Shown here in pieces: positions 46,701 through 53,864 of a stretch of 64,000 nt of DNA. Location of the stretch: positions 32,001 to 96,000 of the IMG/VR virus record IMGVR_UViG_3300037067_017859; one strand, written 5' to 3'. The notes beneath the pieces were generated by a model. It worked only from the letters and a program-made list of their open reading frames with translations, ran no database searches and was not told where the DNA came from. Position numbers and translations under genes: made by a program. This DNA is from a virus. Lineage: Duplodnaviria > Caudoviricetes. Position 1 is the stretch's first letter, and each line of letters opens with the position of its first letter.

Positions 46701-47449
46701 GGAGTGAGTGTCTGTAATTCCGTTGGTAATTGAAAAGTCTTTGCCCTTTCAACTTCCGCAGGAAGATCAATCGCAATATTTCCCATCGATGGAGTTCTGA
46801 GTCCCGGAGTATCTTCCTTTTTGGTATCCACTCCATTTACAAACCGATTAGGATGATCTTCATCCTTCCACCGACTAGGCCAATGATATAAACCATCCTC
46901 GGCAAGAATCGGTTGTTGTTTGGCTTTAAATGCCCCTCGATAATCATATTTATGAAGGGGGTTATCTGGATCAGGATCAATCCCCGCCTTCTGTGCCCAT
47001 TGGCTATACCATTTTTGGAATGCCTTCTCTTGGTTGGGCTGCAATTGAGTTCTTGGCCTTACTATTTCAGGTTCTTTCTTTCCCTTTCCCTGTGGGGTTG
47101 GCTGTCCCTTAACTCCTTCAGGAGGAGGCGGCAAGCTCGGAGCAAAGAATTTTCCAATAGCGCCGGTAACTTTTTCAATTATGCCGGGTTCTTTTGGCTT
47201 TGCAGCTTCATCTTTGTCAGCGAAGTACTTCTGCCAGTATTTGTGATTTTGCTGGAGGGTTAAATCCTGAGATTCCTTATCCAGATTAACCAATTCAGGA
47301 TCGATAGTTTGAAGCAGATTCCTCCGTACCTCTATATCGTCGATACCATGGAAATTGGGATCGAGAAGCAGATCACGCGGAGTTTTATACTTCTTCTTAA
47401 AATTATTCTGCCAGTCAAGATTGGTTGCAGGAGAGGCCCCGGTAGACAT
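34754..47449 (-). CDS. giant polyvalent (DarB-like) internal virion protein: GGDEF, ART-like, N6-adenine MTase, Strawberry-notch SF2 helicase, zincin metallopeptidase, LPD38-like
   Basis: DELTQLRNR/DLDKMKKIND/RLGGDDF; FKHFTS...GESIYLS...YDAVV...QIIVLNP; QFSTPP/LEPSAGTG/NPPF; GDGTGVGKG/FDECH/SATGA/QFFGRAHRSNQ; HEVGH...EGFAE; IPKPFSWG. Confidence 0.9.
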   Translation of the reverse strand: MSTGASPATNLDWQNNFKKKYKTPRDLLLDPNFHGIDDIEVRRNLLQTIDPELVNLDKESQDLTLQQNHKYWQKYFADKDEAAKPKEPGIIEKVTGAIGKFFAPSLPPPPEGVKGQPTPQGKGKKEPEIVRPRTQLQPNQEKAFQKWYSQWAQKAGIDPDPDNPLHKYDYRGAFKAKQQPILAEDGLYHWPSRWKDEDHPNRFVNGVDTKKEDTPGLRTPSMGNIAIDLPAEVERAKTFQLPTELQTLTPEQKGKIIKGREQKVSKAFEPQKIEEAKVEMPTPGQLPNVPSLPESIVSEGEIKERALQEARKPIPSVTIINGHPYFKLEHVKTKTEELKPEQMTKLNLQRIKESKIPIPTDRMSNAVNSFFQGIADQVPMAIKSISAIPHLAEISGQQIEGVGRIEKGLEPEPLPKLENSILYKMANDVQRKIEDRLPVNPKFQEEYWASMIPQGLGSTIGFIAMGLVGGEAGLPVAATTMASGALVQAGSTYEEAYKAGANPTQLFAAFIAGVGLGATEALPIERGLSRLDKISGGWATRWIKDRIKRGMLTGSAKGYLEEFGQEWMQNIGQDWVVSSISGEPMNMKEDNRQGIAGGVSGAVFSAFTSAIGASRARVYLRNTVSQRHQEYVDYLSKTDIPPDVIAGLLKSSKENENFLVQQLENEIDAAESNAKKKVAEFEKLTGSKAVMVMRTRDPRVDSLGRQLFEMIKRRDEAQTKGDDTGFAYAADQVNKIQAELDSIPEAGGVIAIRNVTEAEKAKKDLKTEPSWPYKVYDPSKWTTTPEAPTTPGAPTTPTEELPIGRTDVDRREVAREDKTDRRQNWPRRKQVSQMSREEIEKELLTDELTQLRNRSAWERAPFKKYVASLDLDKMKKINDVYGQDEGDRYLQHAAQGFIQSGISVYRLGGDDFVTKADTKEEIDAAMEKAQKWFDENPFIVGDDQMKVGFSYGIEESPEAAFKTMKGRKAAAEAEGKLEPRYEKPESLPPTPESITGPETITEPAAPEVTVPEKPSTVLSQIETIGSGERRVVFVPESTLQDWQKRDLINDFLSIVAEIPQLQNVDVPGKGTFFYHPNMITEDDILLAIENGEEHKLMGILDPKSAATSIGLRAEKWNPETNAWEEFLTVVTKPEHLRAQLQLLKRQVEGKGKFRFLTGSAEEIAKGTVDQRQELAPPPVETLPAPETTPKPEPTPEAPTQYGGQIFKHFTSKEAKKALESGVPFDFKQIPIHGTGDLGAGPKTSRFAGESIYLSLDDDTWSSVLSREGEDVTVDITLENEKELKSKGAEFFYDYEAQKWKAKVGAQVKKTQLESVEFRLDPGAKIIVVDSEQAIKSLASKVGQAFYRDNPEFWKAVAKKYDAVVLKNVKEIADKTDNKFFRQALADQIIVLNPEKASVVRQAEALAPPPAEGQKPEEVVTPPGKPPVPEELVAPPPPVTPPTILDVLPEPPVEKEPAQPEEITRNAQFRVFLDKVKTALVNGEKFNNPKLQAMANEAFGGERGQGKYTLRDMYDVFEGAVSEYIEESGIVDFNDPLATMTRLEELQNRLAVQSDRTTEQIDLQQFSTPPMQAFLAAYALGNSSSPLLGLEPSAGTGMLATMMRIHGYQVRANEIDERRVTVLKLRNFPTTTVDALHLTTTGTSLSDYTPDVILMNPPFSAGPGKLHGMEFGARHVMNALQKLAPGGRLVAIVGEGMGHHRSKFNKWWNQVQAHYNVRADLGLKGSYYQKMGTTYDNRLIVIDKTGPTPGDTGAERSLKVLMDHQLTPGEALEKLSTIAAEDIHERITRPKPIESIQAPPPIAGPVIGPAEPPVGTGGGMPGVTGGRPGVPTGNESRPGELGHIPESGERGPGPSIPGPPPTHIEGKPSDAERIEKAPGLGGEHGAPVSGGPGDVAPIEIALDAQNKVLGEEETDAYVKYQPRKAIYKGAQPHPADLIESATLGSVEAPDITVKLNLPAEVISTGQLSSAQLEAITYAIQRFGTTLPDGKTAGFWIGDGTGVGKGREGAGIIYHYLRETGQKKAVWISATQQLFEDAKRDIGGVGVPLSVIHQNESRFAKGVPIDNTEGVLFTQYMTAAADWKGKRERFNQIVNWLQPTEADKEFEGVIIFDECHAMKNAVGSNQGGASTSATGTDRGEMGLLLAETFPKAKILYVSATGATLAHNMGYMNRLGLWGQGTAFADFDAFMNAMNAGGLGAMEMLSRDLKSLGSFISRQISYRGVNYDYVNHDLNEYQLEQYNKSAKLWSALIKRMEEAEANANQSHGGTRYSQFYSTQQRFFLMLMTTYQMQSVLTHLDESLKKGMAPIVNILSTNETLMRKEVAKAEAAGKSIEDIDIGPRQMIRSYIENYFPLDEYEDVPDPDNPQSTIKVPTGEINQENLRMQEDLLNELEYLNLPDNPIDMIANHLGGWGKVAEISGRTERIEGNKLVRRKPAGKKPGETINNAELRRFQNGEADVLIITGAGSAGISAQSERGIPTEGKRRIMYCAQLSWSADQQMQFFGRAHRSNQVTPPVIMLVKTNVMGQQRLINAVSRRLASLGAVTQGNRESLGGSLFDIEDLTDGYGRTALMSLTHDLAHNNYEVRGDFGNSMDILDAMGWLTPNGSLKPGVDTNVEGFLNRIMVLPVDVQNDIFNNFYSRYQANLAVAKEQGTFDTGISKIRGSNIVITKEEVIYKDPNSHMETKFLEMEGDFKTEKLKWDNIPRSVDLIGFVTNKRSGKISAAYNYVDPLTGALKIDLRTVRFTKNRIEVSDFNENYERVEGTPKEKLVTPERLPGPPVTSLEQAKDLWEKEFAAIPETTRKPVYMVTGAVFPIHDKIIGDGQLHSLRIVRAVLADGSPIIGIQVRTNEIGPLKSRLGMGNDFTKESGLSIFTMVRDGATIELDNNWRIQMTPPIHGERRMEINLARAYREAAVKTLHEQGAITEIIVGGESRRPRAFVPLDEIEGPKLLDKIFERNKPVRVIPTGTPGAPSGGGPTSSASMGLNVGDDGSRSIEVGRGDVPQSIEQARQAADFWLKQAQESIDRILNGQGTVNDQMIVHQNPVIAKHLLNWINTQDSSGWLSERIYVDQVIEEVTDYVNSEADFNKEQSQAEAIHYFPYVEEMMDELKRSQEGEELPKVEEEPTSPMASLPGAPILPAPPQTSGTRQYALPPVIDKKDLVSRNTILTNLAKKLQVPIRYGRFRQRALGIFKINSTAIRIKKAQDVSVAAHEVGHAINKILWGKRGQQLNWQPLVAHRAELEAIATKPLAGQSKLPEGFAEYIRYWITDPAQAAQLCPGVHLMFEGELAHNQDLAEILKEAQRDYKRWLDQTSSAKILSHISVQEPQYDQLGWFEKLYTGIVNHLNPIDVAVKIITKGRNIRMEEDPSKLAQALSGWAARAEHFLQVGTFGKDLDSILGPGLKQILAPMKDRLDDLRITAISLRTLEKKGLKGIEVGITVQEARESLIEQGFDPSALSVATTPAMPGHPSILAFDVNSLRAMTPEAQITKDTLMKLYKYQDDLLTYFRDCGMLSVDQYINIKLLNQFFVPFHRMYEAGAGEKSTESRLKSGSSAVDLWQPVKGMTGSWRPIIDPLESIIKNTYTLINVAERNLVGQALANLSKEDGAGRWISGPLTAKAIPQTFALERIKNALSAAGVDIADPNLNLDQLATIFVYNAVPSPKENIITVYFKGKPTLYQLEPNLYEAVKGLDKDSIGILMRIAAIPASILRTGATGINPEFASRNIARDMLTAWAQTEIGYVPGWDTAKGLAHVLMKDATYKEWMRSGGPHSAMSSMDRNEMKLALRDLMSGKLKYAVRHPIDTLRILSEISEAMTRVSVYAKSREKGESIRAAGFASREANLDFQRIGAWMRGMNLTIPFFNAAIQDVDKFVRVHKRNPKKALLKGAAFQLVSLIIYYLNKDDERYHEAPWWLRDLFWLFPTKGIPGLSGLTPWIPIPKPFSWGMFYATPAERIAEYLDTKDPSAFDDFVRNFLSNITPSLLPTIIKTPIELWRNQNFFTNREIESAWMQKNYLPEYRSNWYTSHFANQTALLLAKSGIHVSPVKIEHAMFSTFGGSARLATKLLLDPVSKIISPPKGGALPTAQLADTPLIRSIAVRFPHASLRSISKVHELWNEINLRYRSRKQSLKENNRFDIPPLTREEKDRYFELKYAVEKFNSINREIHRVIQDREYDSEEKRRRIDNAYMKMLATAQKSLKKLGIRKFKKKTNELQSPPDNNSGSLPEPPEE

Positions 47450-47459
47450 GAATTGTCCT

Positions 47460-48947
47460 CTAATATTTTTTCACAGAAGGCTTAGGTTTTGTTTCAGGTG
47501 GATTCAGTAGATTCCTTGCCGCGGCCGCTGTTCTCTCCGCTGGCTTTTGAGTACTAGCCGGCTTTCTTTTGATTATCTCCCGCAATTCATTTCGGCTTAA
47601 TCCAACATTATTTTGCAGCCAAAGGTTAGATTGAGCCAATAGAGCCATATGGGCTTCATCCGCCTCCATGCCGTCCAAATCCGATCCTAAATCAACCCGC
47701 GCCATTGCATCCGCATGGTTAAGAACGCTCATGGCTTGTTGCGGCGTCATATCCTTGCCGGCCGCTTTTGCCACCTGAGCTTCTTTCAAAAACTTTGTAC
47801 GATCGGTACGGTATTCGGCAAGCGCGGAATCACTGACAACTTTGAAATTCGAAGACTTCAATTTGTTATCGAGAATCTTTTGCTCATTTTTTCTAATAGC
47901 CAGGATTACCGCATCCGTATCGGTAACTTCTGGATGAGCCGCCATATAGTTTTTAACCTTTTCATCCATTTTGGCGCTGAGAGTTGAGACCGTTGTTGGA
48001 GGTCCAGTTTCAATCGGAGTTCCCGGAACATATTGCCCGGTATCTTCATCGTAATTATAGACATGCTTCCGCCATTTGCCGTCTGGACCCTTGAAAGGCT
48101 GTTGGTCAATAATCGGCTTTATGGGAGTCCCAAAGGCGTTTTTCATGCCGGTCATATAGGCAAGTCTGACTTCTGCAATCTTCTCATCGGATTTACCGGC
48201 TGCTTTTAATGCTGGAATATATTTATTGAATTCTTCCTCTCTCAACTTTTGAGTTTGTTCATAGACTTGCTTGGATTCAGCCAATTTTTGATTTAATTGG
48301 ATAGGTCCAAGAGTCTCTATTTTTCGCTTTTCAGCATCGAGATCTATTTGCTGTTTCGCAGTAATTGCCGGATTAATAAACTGCCCCGGGCGCAGTCCTG
48401 GCATTGTGGCAGTTGGAGCCGCCGCGGGGGCATTCATTGGTGATGGAGGGGCCGGCAGTCCAGAAGGATTTTCCGCAGTCATCGTAGAGACTGGACCTGG
48501 TACAGGAATCGTATTAGGCGGTGGAGTCGTCTCTGAAGCTGCCCCAAGGGATGGAGGCGGTCCCTCTTGCGCCGGGCTCTGAATATTTGATTCCCCACCC
48601 GCCGCAGGGGTTTGGCCTTCGCCGCCTGGTTGTTGTCCGGCCGCCGCCTGCTTATTTTTGATCAACCCTTGGATGAGACCGCCAAGCTTAGTAAGGCCGC
48701 CGATCTTCTGGTTCATAGCCTTTTCGGCGTCCATAACAGCTTTATGGGCATTTGTCTCAGCTTCAGTAATGACAGTTTGGGAATTCGGATTCCATATAGG
48801 TTTTGCCCTTTCATTTTCAGCAACTTCACGCCACTTTTGAGCAACATCCATAAGATTTTTAAATTGCTCTTCACGTTGCCCATGGCGTTGAGCCATAGTT
48901 TTCTGATAGCCGTTAAAAAATTCGCCAAATGCTGCTCCCCAACCCAT
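47460..48947 (-). CDS. putative ejection (internal virion) protein
   Basis: A/Q/P-rich and helical; lies between the pilot-like gene and the giant protein. Confidence 0.6.
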   Translation of the reverse strand: MGWGAAFGEFFNGYQKTMAQRHGQREEQFKNLMDVAQKWREVAENERAKPIWNPNSQTVITEAETNAHKAVMDAEKAMNQKIGGLTKLGGLIQGLIKNKQAAAGQQPGGEGQTPAAGGESNIQSPAQEGPPPSLGAASETTPPPNTIPVPGPVSTMTAENPSGLPAPPSPMNAPAAAPTATMPGLRPGQFINPAITAKQQIDLDAEKRKIETLGPIQLNQKLAESKQVYEQTQKLREEEFNKYIPALKAAGKSDEKIAEVRLAYMTGMKNAFGTPIKPIIDQQPFKGPDGKWRKHVYNYDEDTGQYVPGTPIETGPPTTVSTLSAKMDEKVKNYMAAHPEVTDTDAVILAIRKNEQKILDNKLKSSNFKVVSDSALAEYRTDRTKFLKEAQVAKAAGKDMTPQQAMSVLNHADAMARVDLGSDLDGMEADEAHMALLAQSNLWLQNNVGLSRNELREIIKRKPASTQKPAERTAAAARNLLNPPETKPKPSVKKY

Positions 48948-48949
48948 GG

Positions 48950-49297
48950 CTACCTCCTGCTGCTTCTGCGTCCGGCCTTCCGAGCTCCGGTGCGTTTTCC
49001 TTTAACTCTCTTTTCAATCGCCCTGGCCAAGTCCGCTGGCACCACAATTTCCCCGCGCTTCATTCGGTAGATCCCGGTCTTGGGGACTCTCCCGCCTTTA
49101 TGCATAGCTGGAGGTTTGACAGTATTGGAAGAAGTGTCAGTATTGGCTTCAGCGGTTGTGTCCTTCACATCAGATGAATTGTCCGATTCTTCCCGGCTAA
49201 AAGCCTTTTTAAACCGAGTAATAAGACTTCCGCCTTTTTCTTTTTCTTTTAATCCACCCGAAATACCGCCTAACAACCCGCCAAGGAATGAACCCAT
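48950..49297 (-). CDS. small virion-associated protein
   Basis: GSFLGGLLGG N-terminus; HKGGxVP...GExVxP; GGAGG RBS. Confidence 0.6.
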   Translation of the reverse strand: MGSFLGGLLGGISGGLKEKEKGGSLITRFKKAFSREESDNSSDVKDTTAEANTDTSSNTVKPPAMHKGGRVPKTGIYRMKRGEIVVPADLARAIEKRVKGKRTGARKAGRRSSRR

Positions 49298-49307
49298 AAA
49301 TCCTCCA

Positions 49308-49322
49308 GTAAACCCGGTTTAC
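49308..49322. promoter_or_regulatory. 15-bp palindromic motif GTAAACCCGGTTTAC (exact)
   Basis: Occupies most of the 26-bp gap between two virion genes, next to the RBS. Confidence 0.7.
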
Positions 49323-49323
49323 A

Positions 49324-49836
49324 TTAGATCATGCCCACTAATGAACCGAGTCCCGAACCTAGACCCATAGCATTTTGCTGACCCATTTGAGCCAAGCCCA
49401 TATATGTTCCACCAGCTTGACCATATGAAGAACTTCCGCTTCCCATGCCACTCAAACCTGCTTGCGTTCCTAAATTGGCTTGGTTCGCCAGTCTGGCTAA
49501 AGCTTCGTTAATTCCGCCAGAATAAATTGAAGCTTTTTGTCCGGCCTGCGCAATACCGGCATTCCTCATTGAGATATCACGCAGGCCCCCCGGAGGTAAT
49601 TCACCGATGCCCTTCTTGGCCAGGCCATACTGCTGAGTCACCGCATTTATTTGAGGAGCTACGGCGGCCTCAAGCGGGCGCCCTCCCTTCAAAATATTTG
49701 ACCAATATTGAGAAGTTTGCTGTCTATATGGCGCCGATTCTCGCCATTGTCCTTGGGCGAAATCAACAAGCTTCCCTCCAATTTCACCCTGCGTTTTGGC
49801 TGTTTGCCGGGCGGCTGATTGGTCGTCTTTGCCCAT
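49324..49836 (-). CDS. Gly/Ala/Gln-rich putative DNA pilot/ejection protein
   Basis: Composition and position after the GNAT-like gene, as in podovirus ejection modules. Confidence 0.6.
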   Translation of the reverse strand: MGKDDQSAARQTAKTQGEIGGKLVDFAQGQWRESAPYRQQTSQYWSNILKGGRPLEAAVAPQINAVTQQYGLAKKGIGELPPGGLRDISMRNAGIAQAGQKASIYSGGINEALARLANQANLGTQAGLSGMGSGSSSYGQAGGTYMGLAQMGQQNAMGLGSGLGSLVGMI

Positions 49837-50453
49837 TACAATCTCCTTTTACTTTCGCGGTACTCCTCTTTCGACAGCCAAGAGACAATCCCTTCACATA
49901 TTTTTCCATCGAAGGTGGTATATTGAGGAATCCGGAATAATTCCTTCATGCCCTGTCTTTTGATGAAAATAGAAGATAGTCTATTGAGCGCCGGAGTAAG
50001 TCCCACAAGGGTATCAATTTTCAAACCTTCAAACCAATATTCCAGGATCATTTCCCCAAAAGATTCGGTATAAGCCGGCTTCTGGTAATCATTGAAGAAT
50101 AAGAAACTTCCGGTTGCCTTAGTCATAATTCCACTACAGGAGATGATGTCGGCAAGCCAGGCCATTCCGCAAATATCTATCAGATTATTTTGATCGTCCA
50201 TAAGCCCGAAGATTTGCAGAAGACATTTCTGACCCGAAAAGAAATTCATAAATTCCAAAAGAGTAATATCCGGGTGTTCGTGAAAAACAATCTTATCTAA
50301 TCCCTCTTTCTTCAATCGAAAGAACAAGTTAATGAGGGCTTCATGTTGTTCTGTGCCATTCTGAGGTTGGTAAAGGATTATAAGATATGGTCCCTTACGT
50401 GGCTTGAATTCGTATTCAGACTCTTCGATTTTCATAGTTTGTTCTTTTTCCAT
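49836..50453 (-). CDS. GNAT-fold-like protein of the virion module
   Basis: CGMAWL...LVGLTPALNRLS..FIKRQGM, a GNAT C-terminal pattern. Confidence 0.55.
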   Translation of the reverse strand: MEKEQTMKIEESEYEFKPRKGPYLIILYQPQNGTEQHEALINLFFRLKKEGLDKIVFHEHPDITLLEFMNFFSGQKCLLQIFGLMDDQNNLIDICGMAWLADIISCSGIMTKATGSFLFFNDYQKPAYTESFGEMILEYWFEGLKIDTLVGLTPALNRLSSIFIKRQGMKELFRIPQYTTFDGKICEGIVSWLSKEEYRESKRRL

Positions 50454-50505
50454 GACGGTTCTCCCTTTTTAATCCATTTTTATTCTATCACTACACTGTC
50501 AAGCC

Positions 50506-50889
50506 CTAGATATAGCCGAACATATCCTGATTTTCTCCTGTTATTGGAGGAGGTTCTCCGCCGGCGTCCGCCCCAATTAGAATAATCCCGGGCCTTGCAA
50601 TCGACACCGGATCGAGAAAGATATTGTCCGGCGCGGAAACGGTCTCAATTAAGGCCACAAATTCACATGCTTTTATGCTGGGCGCAGTCAATCTTGTGCG
50701 TTCGTCGAACCAAAGAAGTGATCCGCGACTAGAATCCTCCATCAAAAAAATAGTCCTCGGATTCAGGATCGACATCGGATCGAGAAGAACATTGTCCGGA
50801 GTGGAAGTGGTCTCGATAAGTTCGGGATCCGACTGCGCCTTTGTGGCTTCGTCTTTAATCAAACCGAATGCAAATGGATATATGCCCAT
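50506..50889 (-). CDS. hypothetical virion protein with an internal duplication
   Basis: LIETTSTPDNVLLDPMSI vs LIETVSAPDNIFLDPVSI. Confidence 0.6.
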   Translation of the reverse strand: MGIYPFAFGLIKDEATKAQSDPELIETTSTPDNVLLDPMSILNPRTIFLMEDSSRGSLLWFDERTRLTAPSIKACEFVALIETVSAPDNIFLDPVSIARPGIILIGADAGGEPPPITGENQDMFGYI

Positions 50890-50892
50890 ATG

Positions 50893-51681
50893 TTAAGCTA
50901 TTCTGATTGCTAATGTAAGGCCGTATCTAGACGTCATCCCACTGACCAAAAATGTCCCTAGAGTACTCCCATCAATCGGAATCTTAATTTTGGAATAACT
51001 ATTAAATCTAGCCGTAACAAGCACTGATTGATAAGTTCTTCCGCAATATGCCATTGTGACCGTGGCGGTAGTACAGAAAACTTCTCTCGGGTGGAACATG
51101 TAATTTCCTGCTTTGGTATATATTAATGCACCACCTATGCCACTATTTTCATACTGTATAATTCTGGTTGTATTGGAAGCCGAACCCGAACCATACATAT
51201 TGAGATAGTGTGGGCCATCACCGTTAACCGTCCCGCCGTTAGCTCTCGTACCTCCACCGTAAGCCCATTTAGTGTGAGCATCCTGAGCTTCGGGAGAAAG
51301 ATCAAGGATCCCTCCACATAAAAATTCACCTGTCCCGTTCGGCAACTGAAATTCTATGTGAACATGAAACTGCCCAGTAAAAATATGCGCAAGATTGTTT
51401 ACGCCTGCCGTAACATCAATCCGAGCTTCTCTTTGTAGAAGGGATTGTCCAAGTTGATCAAATACTTCAAGGCTAAGAGTTTGAGCACTTTCTCGGAGGA
51501 AATTGGCTGTAATAAATCTTCCAACGGCATCAACCGGACTTGTATATGAATTCCCCGTATTATCAGTCCACCCAGAGGCTACAAGTTCGGTTCCAATGGC
51601 CGTAAGCGCTGCCGCCACGTCGACTCCCGTAGGGGTACATAAATATCTGTAACTTGATCCTAAGTAATTAGGCACTGCCAT
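50893..51681 (-). CDS. putative tail protein (paralog of 51683-52462)
   Basis: MAVPNYLGSSYRY...TELVASGWTD; beta-rich. Confidence 0.65.
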   Translation of the reverse strand: MAVPNYLGSSYRYLCTPTGVDVAAALTAIGTELVASGWTDNTGNSYTSPVDAVGRFITANFLRESAQTLSLEVFDQLGQSLLQREARIDVTAGVNNLAHIFTGQFHVHIEFQLPNGTGEFLCGGILDLSPEAQDAHTKWAYGGGTRANGGTVNGDGPHYLNMYGSGSASNTTRIIQYENSGIGGALIYTKAGNYMFHPREVFCTTATVTMAYCGRTYQSVLVTARFNSYSKIKIPIDGSTLGTFLVSGMTSRYGLTLAIRIA

Positions 51682-51682
51682 A

Positions 51683-52462
51683 TTATGCCTTTCTTATAGC
51701 TATTCTTCTGGAACTCAGGGAGACAAAAGTGCAAACTTGGAAGACAGCCGTTACCCCACTATCAATGGTTAAGGTATATTCTGCGCCCCAAGCCAAACCC
51801 GAATCTAAGATAACAACTTGAGGAACACGTCCAAGATAAAAGTCGGAATCATCCGCAAAATCAAAAGGAGTGAATATTAAAGCTCCAGATGGACTTATAA
51901 GATGAGTGGTAACGCCATATGGGTCTCTATTAATTATGAAACCATTAGCGCCATAAGTTCTTGTCTGTGCCGGGCATGAATACCATAAGTTCCAATATCT
52001 GTTGGTAGCTCCTCCCGCTGCTGTTAGCGGACCAGTGGTGCAAACAAAATTGGGGTTAACATTCCCGGGAGTTTCCGGCCAATCCCTTAATCGGCAACAC
52101 ATAAAAGCAGTTGGCGTAGCAGTGCCCGACTCGACATAGACGTAATCCGGGCCACTGGCGATTATCACATTAACCCCACCCGCATCAATCACCTGCCTTG
52201 GGTTATAAACCAGAATGCCAGTCCAATCGTTCACGGTATATTGAATTTCCGTCGCAGAAAGCCTCGCTACCGTCAATGTAAAAAAAGTGCCATCGACGCC
52301 AACCTCACTCTTAAAGGGACCTACCCCTGTTCCGCCTGTGTCCGTCCATGTTCCATTTGTGACCAATTCGGTATTTAATCCTGCGATAATGGTGTTCACA
52401 TCCGTCACTGCCGCGAGAGTGGTGAATCTGAATGCGCTTGATAGAAAATCTGGTACGGCCAT
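51683..52462 (-). CDS. putative tail protein (paralog of 50893-51681)
   Basis: MAVPDFLSSAFRF...TELVTNGTWTD. Confidence 0.65.
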   Translation of the reverse strand: MAVPDFLSSAFRFTTLAAVTDVNTIIAGLNTELVTNGTWTDTGGTGVGPFKSEVGVDGTFFTLTVARLSATEIQYTVNDWTGILVYNPRQVIDAGGVNVIIASGPDYVYVESGTATPTAFMCCRLRDWPETPGNVNPNFVCTTGPLTAAGGATNRYWNLWYSCPAQTRTYGANGFIINRDPYGVTTHLISPSGALIFTPFDFADDSDFYLGRVPQVVILDSGLAWGAEYTLTIDSGVTAVFQVCTFVSLSSRRIAIRKA

Positions 52463-52463
52463 A

Positions 52464-53861
52464 TTAAACTCCGTAAATATTTGTCAAAACTCCAGTTATC
52501 ACATATTTATCCTGGACACTGTTGTAAACCAGTTGGATCATATCGACAGCAGTAGGAGTTGTCGTCAAAATGATAGTAGGAACATTTGAAGGTTTAATAA
52601 TCTTATTCCCGAAAGAAATCGTCCTGCCTCCCGTGCCATCTTGCGCTAATTCAATCCGCAAAATCTGTCCATCATAAGCTCCTGTTGGGTTTCCTAAAGT
52701 TCTATTTCCTCCAAGAGTTACTCTGAAATGATTCCCGAGGGTAGCGTCAGTAGCAATTATGGCTGCGTCAGACAAAGTTACGACTTTCGGCCCCAATTGC
52801 CCATCCATCGCCCTGTTCCCGCTAATAGGAAGATATTGAGTATGGTCATCAGCCGGCGCGACCAGATTAGATAATTGAGAATGATCGGTCGTTCCGATGG
52901 ATTGGATATCGTGGCAATTTACTAAAATGGCTCCTTGGGTGGCGTGTTTGTACTCAACCGTAGCCACCAATTGCGCAAAAAGAGGGAAGCCGGGCTTGAC
53001 GTTCGTCAATTCTCCCGCAGTTGTGGAACTGACATACAGAGAATCTCCTTCATTCCACATAGTCGTGTCAAATCCTGCCAGCCGGCCCGTTACCATAAGT
53101 CTAGTGAAATTGTTATCATTTACGGCGGCAGTCGTAACTCCTATAGCCTGCATGGTAGTCAATGAATCGGATTTTGCCGGAGAAAAATTGGGTTTCTGTC
53201 CGGTTGAACCAGTAAAATAAACAGCCTTAGCCTTGCCAATGGGGGAGCCACTCGTATTACGAGCTATTCTGAAGGTATCCTGCAAAAGTCTGCCTGTGAG
53301 CCCGGTAGGATCCATGGCCTCCATTGCATTTATTCCGGCGTCGGTAGCCGCATAAATTCGAAGATGCCCGGCAGCCGGGGCGCTAGGCGCTGCGCCACCT
53401 TCGTAATCGGTATAGAGAGTATGCATATTAGCTGCGTCTAGGATGGCTTCCGGACTTGGTTCAGCGATGCCTATCTTGCCGGCATTTTCATAGATAATTG
53501 AATCTCCTATAGTGTCTGCGGCTGTAAACTTGGAGATTCTTCCAATCGTGCCGCTGCCCCCAATAAATCCCGTATGACCACTGGAAGCAAAATCAAGGTT
53601 ACTTAAAGTTGGATGAGAATGAGTGTGCGCGGTCGGAGCGAATCCCGTATGCCCTGAAGTCGCATAAGACAAATGCGTTAATGCAGCATGGTCAGATGTA
53701 CCACCCCCGCTACCAGAACTCTGGAGAGTAGCCACAGCTTTAGCAGTCGAACCTATCCCATTCTGGATTTGGCGCAGAATAAAATTGAGTTTTTCATGTT
53801 TTGCGCGGTCATCCAGTCCAGAATCAATCTGATATATCTTTGGTTCGCTTGATTCGGTCAT
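52464..53861 (-). CDS. tail fibre-like protein
   Basis: Repeated DHxxLxNL...SGHTGF and HTHSH motifs; C-terminal VTLGGNRTLGNPT...QDGTGGRT domain. Confidence 0.75.
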   Translation of the reverse strand: MTESSEPKIYQIDSGLDDRAKHEKLNFILRQIQNGIGSTAKAVATLQSSGSGGGTSDHAALTHLSYATSGHTGFAPTAHTHSHPTLSNLDFASSGHTGFIGGSGTIGRISKFTAADTIGDSIIYENAGKIGIAEPSPEAILDAANMHTLYTDYEGGAAPSAPAAGHLRIYAATDAGINAMEAMDPTGLTGRLLQDTFRIARNTSGSPIGKAKAVYFTGSTGQKPNFSPAKSDSLTTMQAIGVTTAAVNDNNFTRLMVTGRLAGFDTTMWNEGDSLYVSSTTAGELTNVKPGFPLFAQLVATVEYKHATQGAILVNCHDIQSIGTTDHSQLSNLVAPADDHTQYLPISGNRAMDGQLGPKVVTLSDAAIIATDATLGNHFRVTLGGNRTLGNPTGAYDGQILRIELAQDGTGGRTISFGNKIIKPSNVPTIILTTTPTAVDMIQLVYNSVQDKYVITGVLTNIYGV

Positions 53862-53864
53862 GGT

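Noticed and set aside
34754-47449. Virion RNA polymerase (N4- or crAss-like) within the giant protein
   Set aside because: No DxDGD or T7-like polymerase motifs were recognised; the identified domains account for most of the length.
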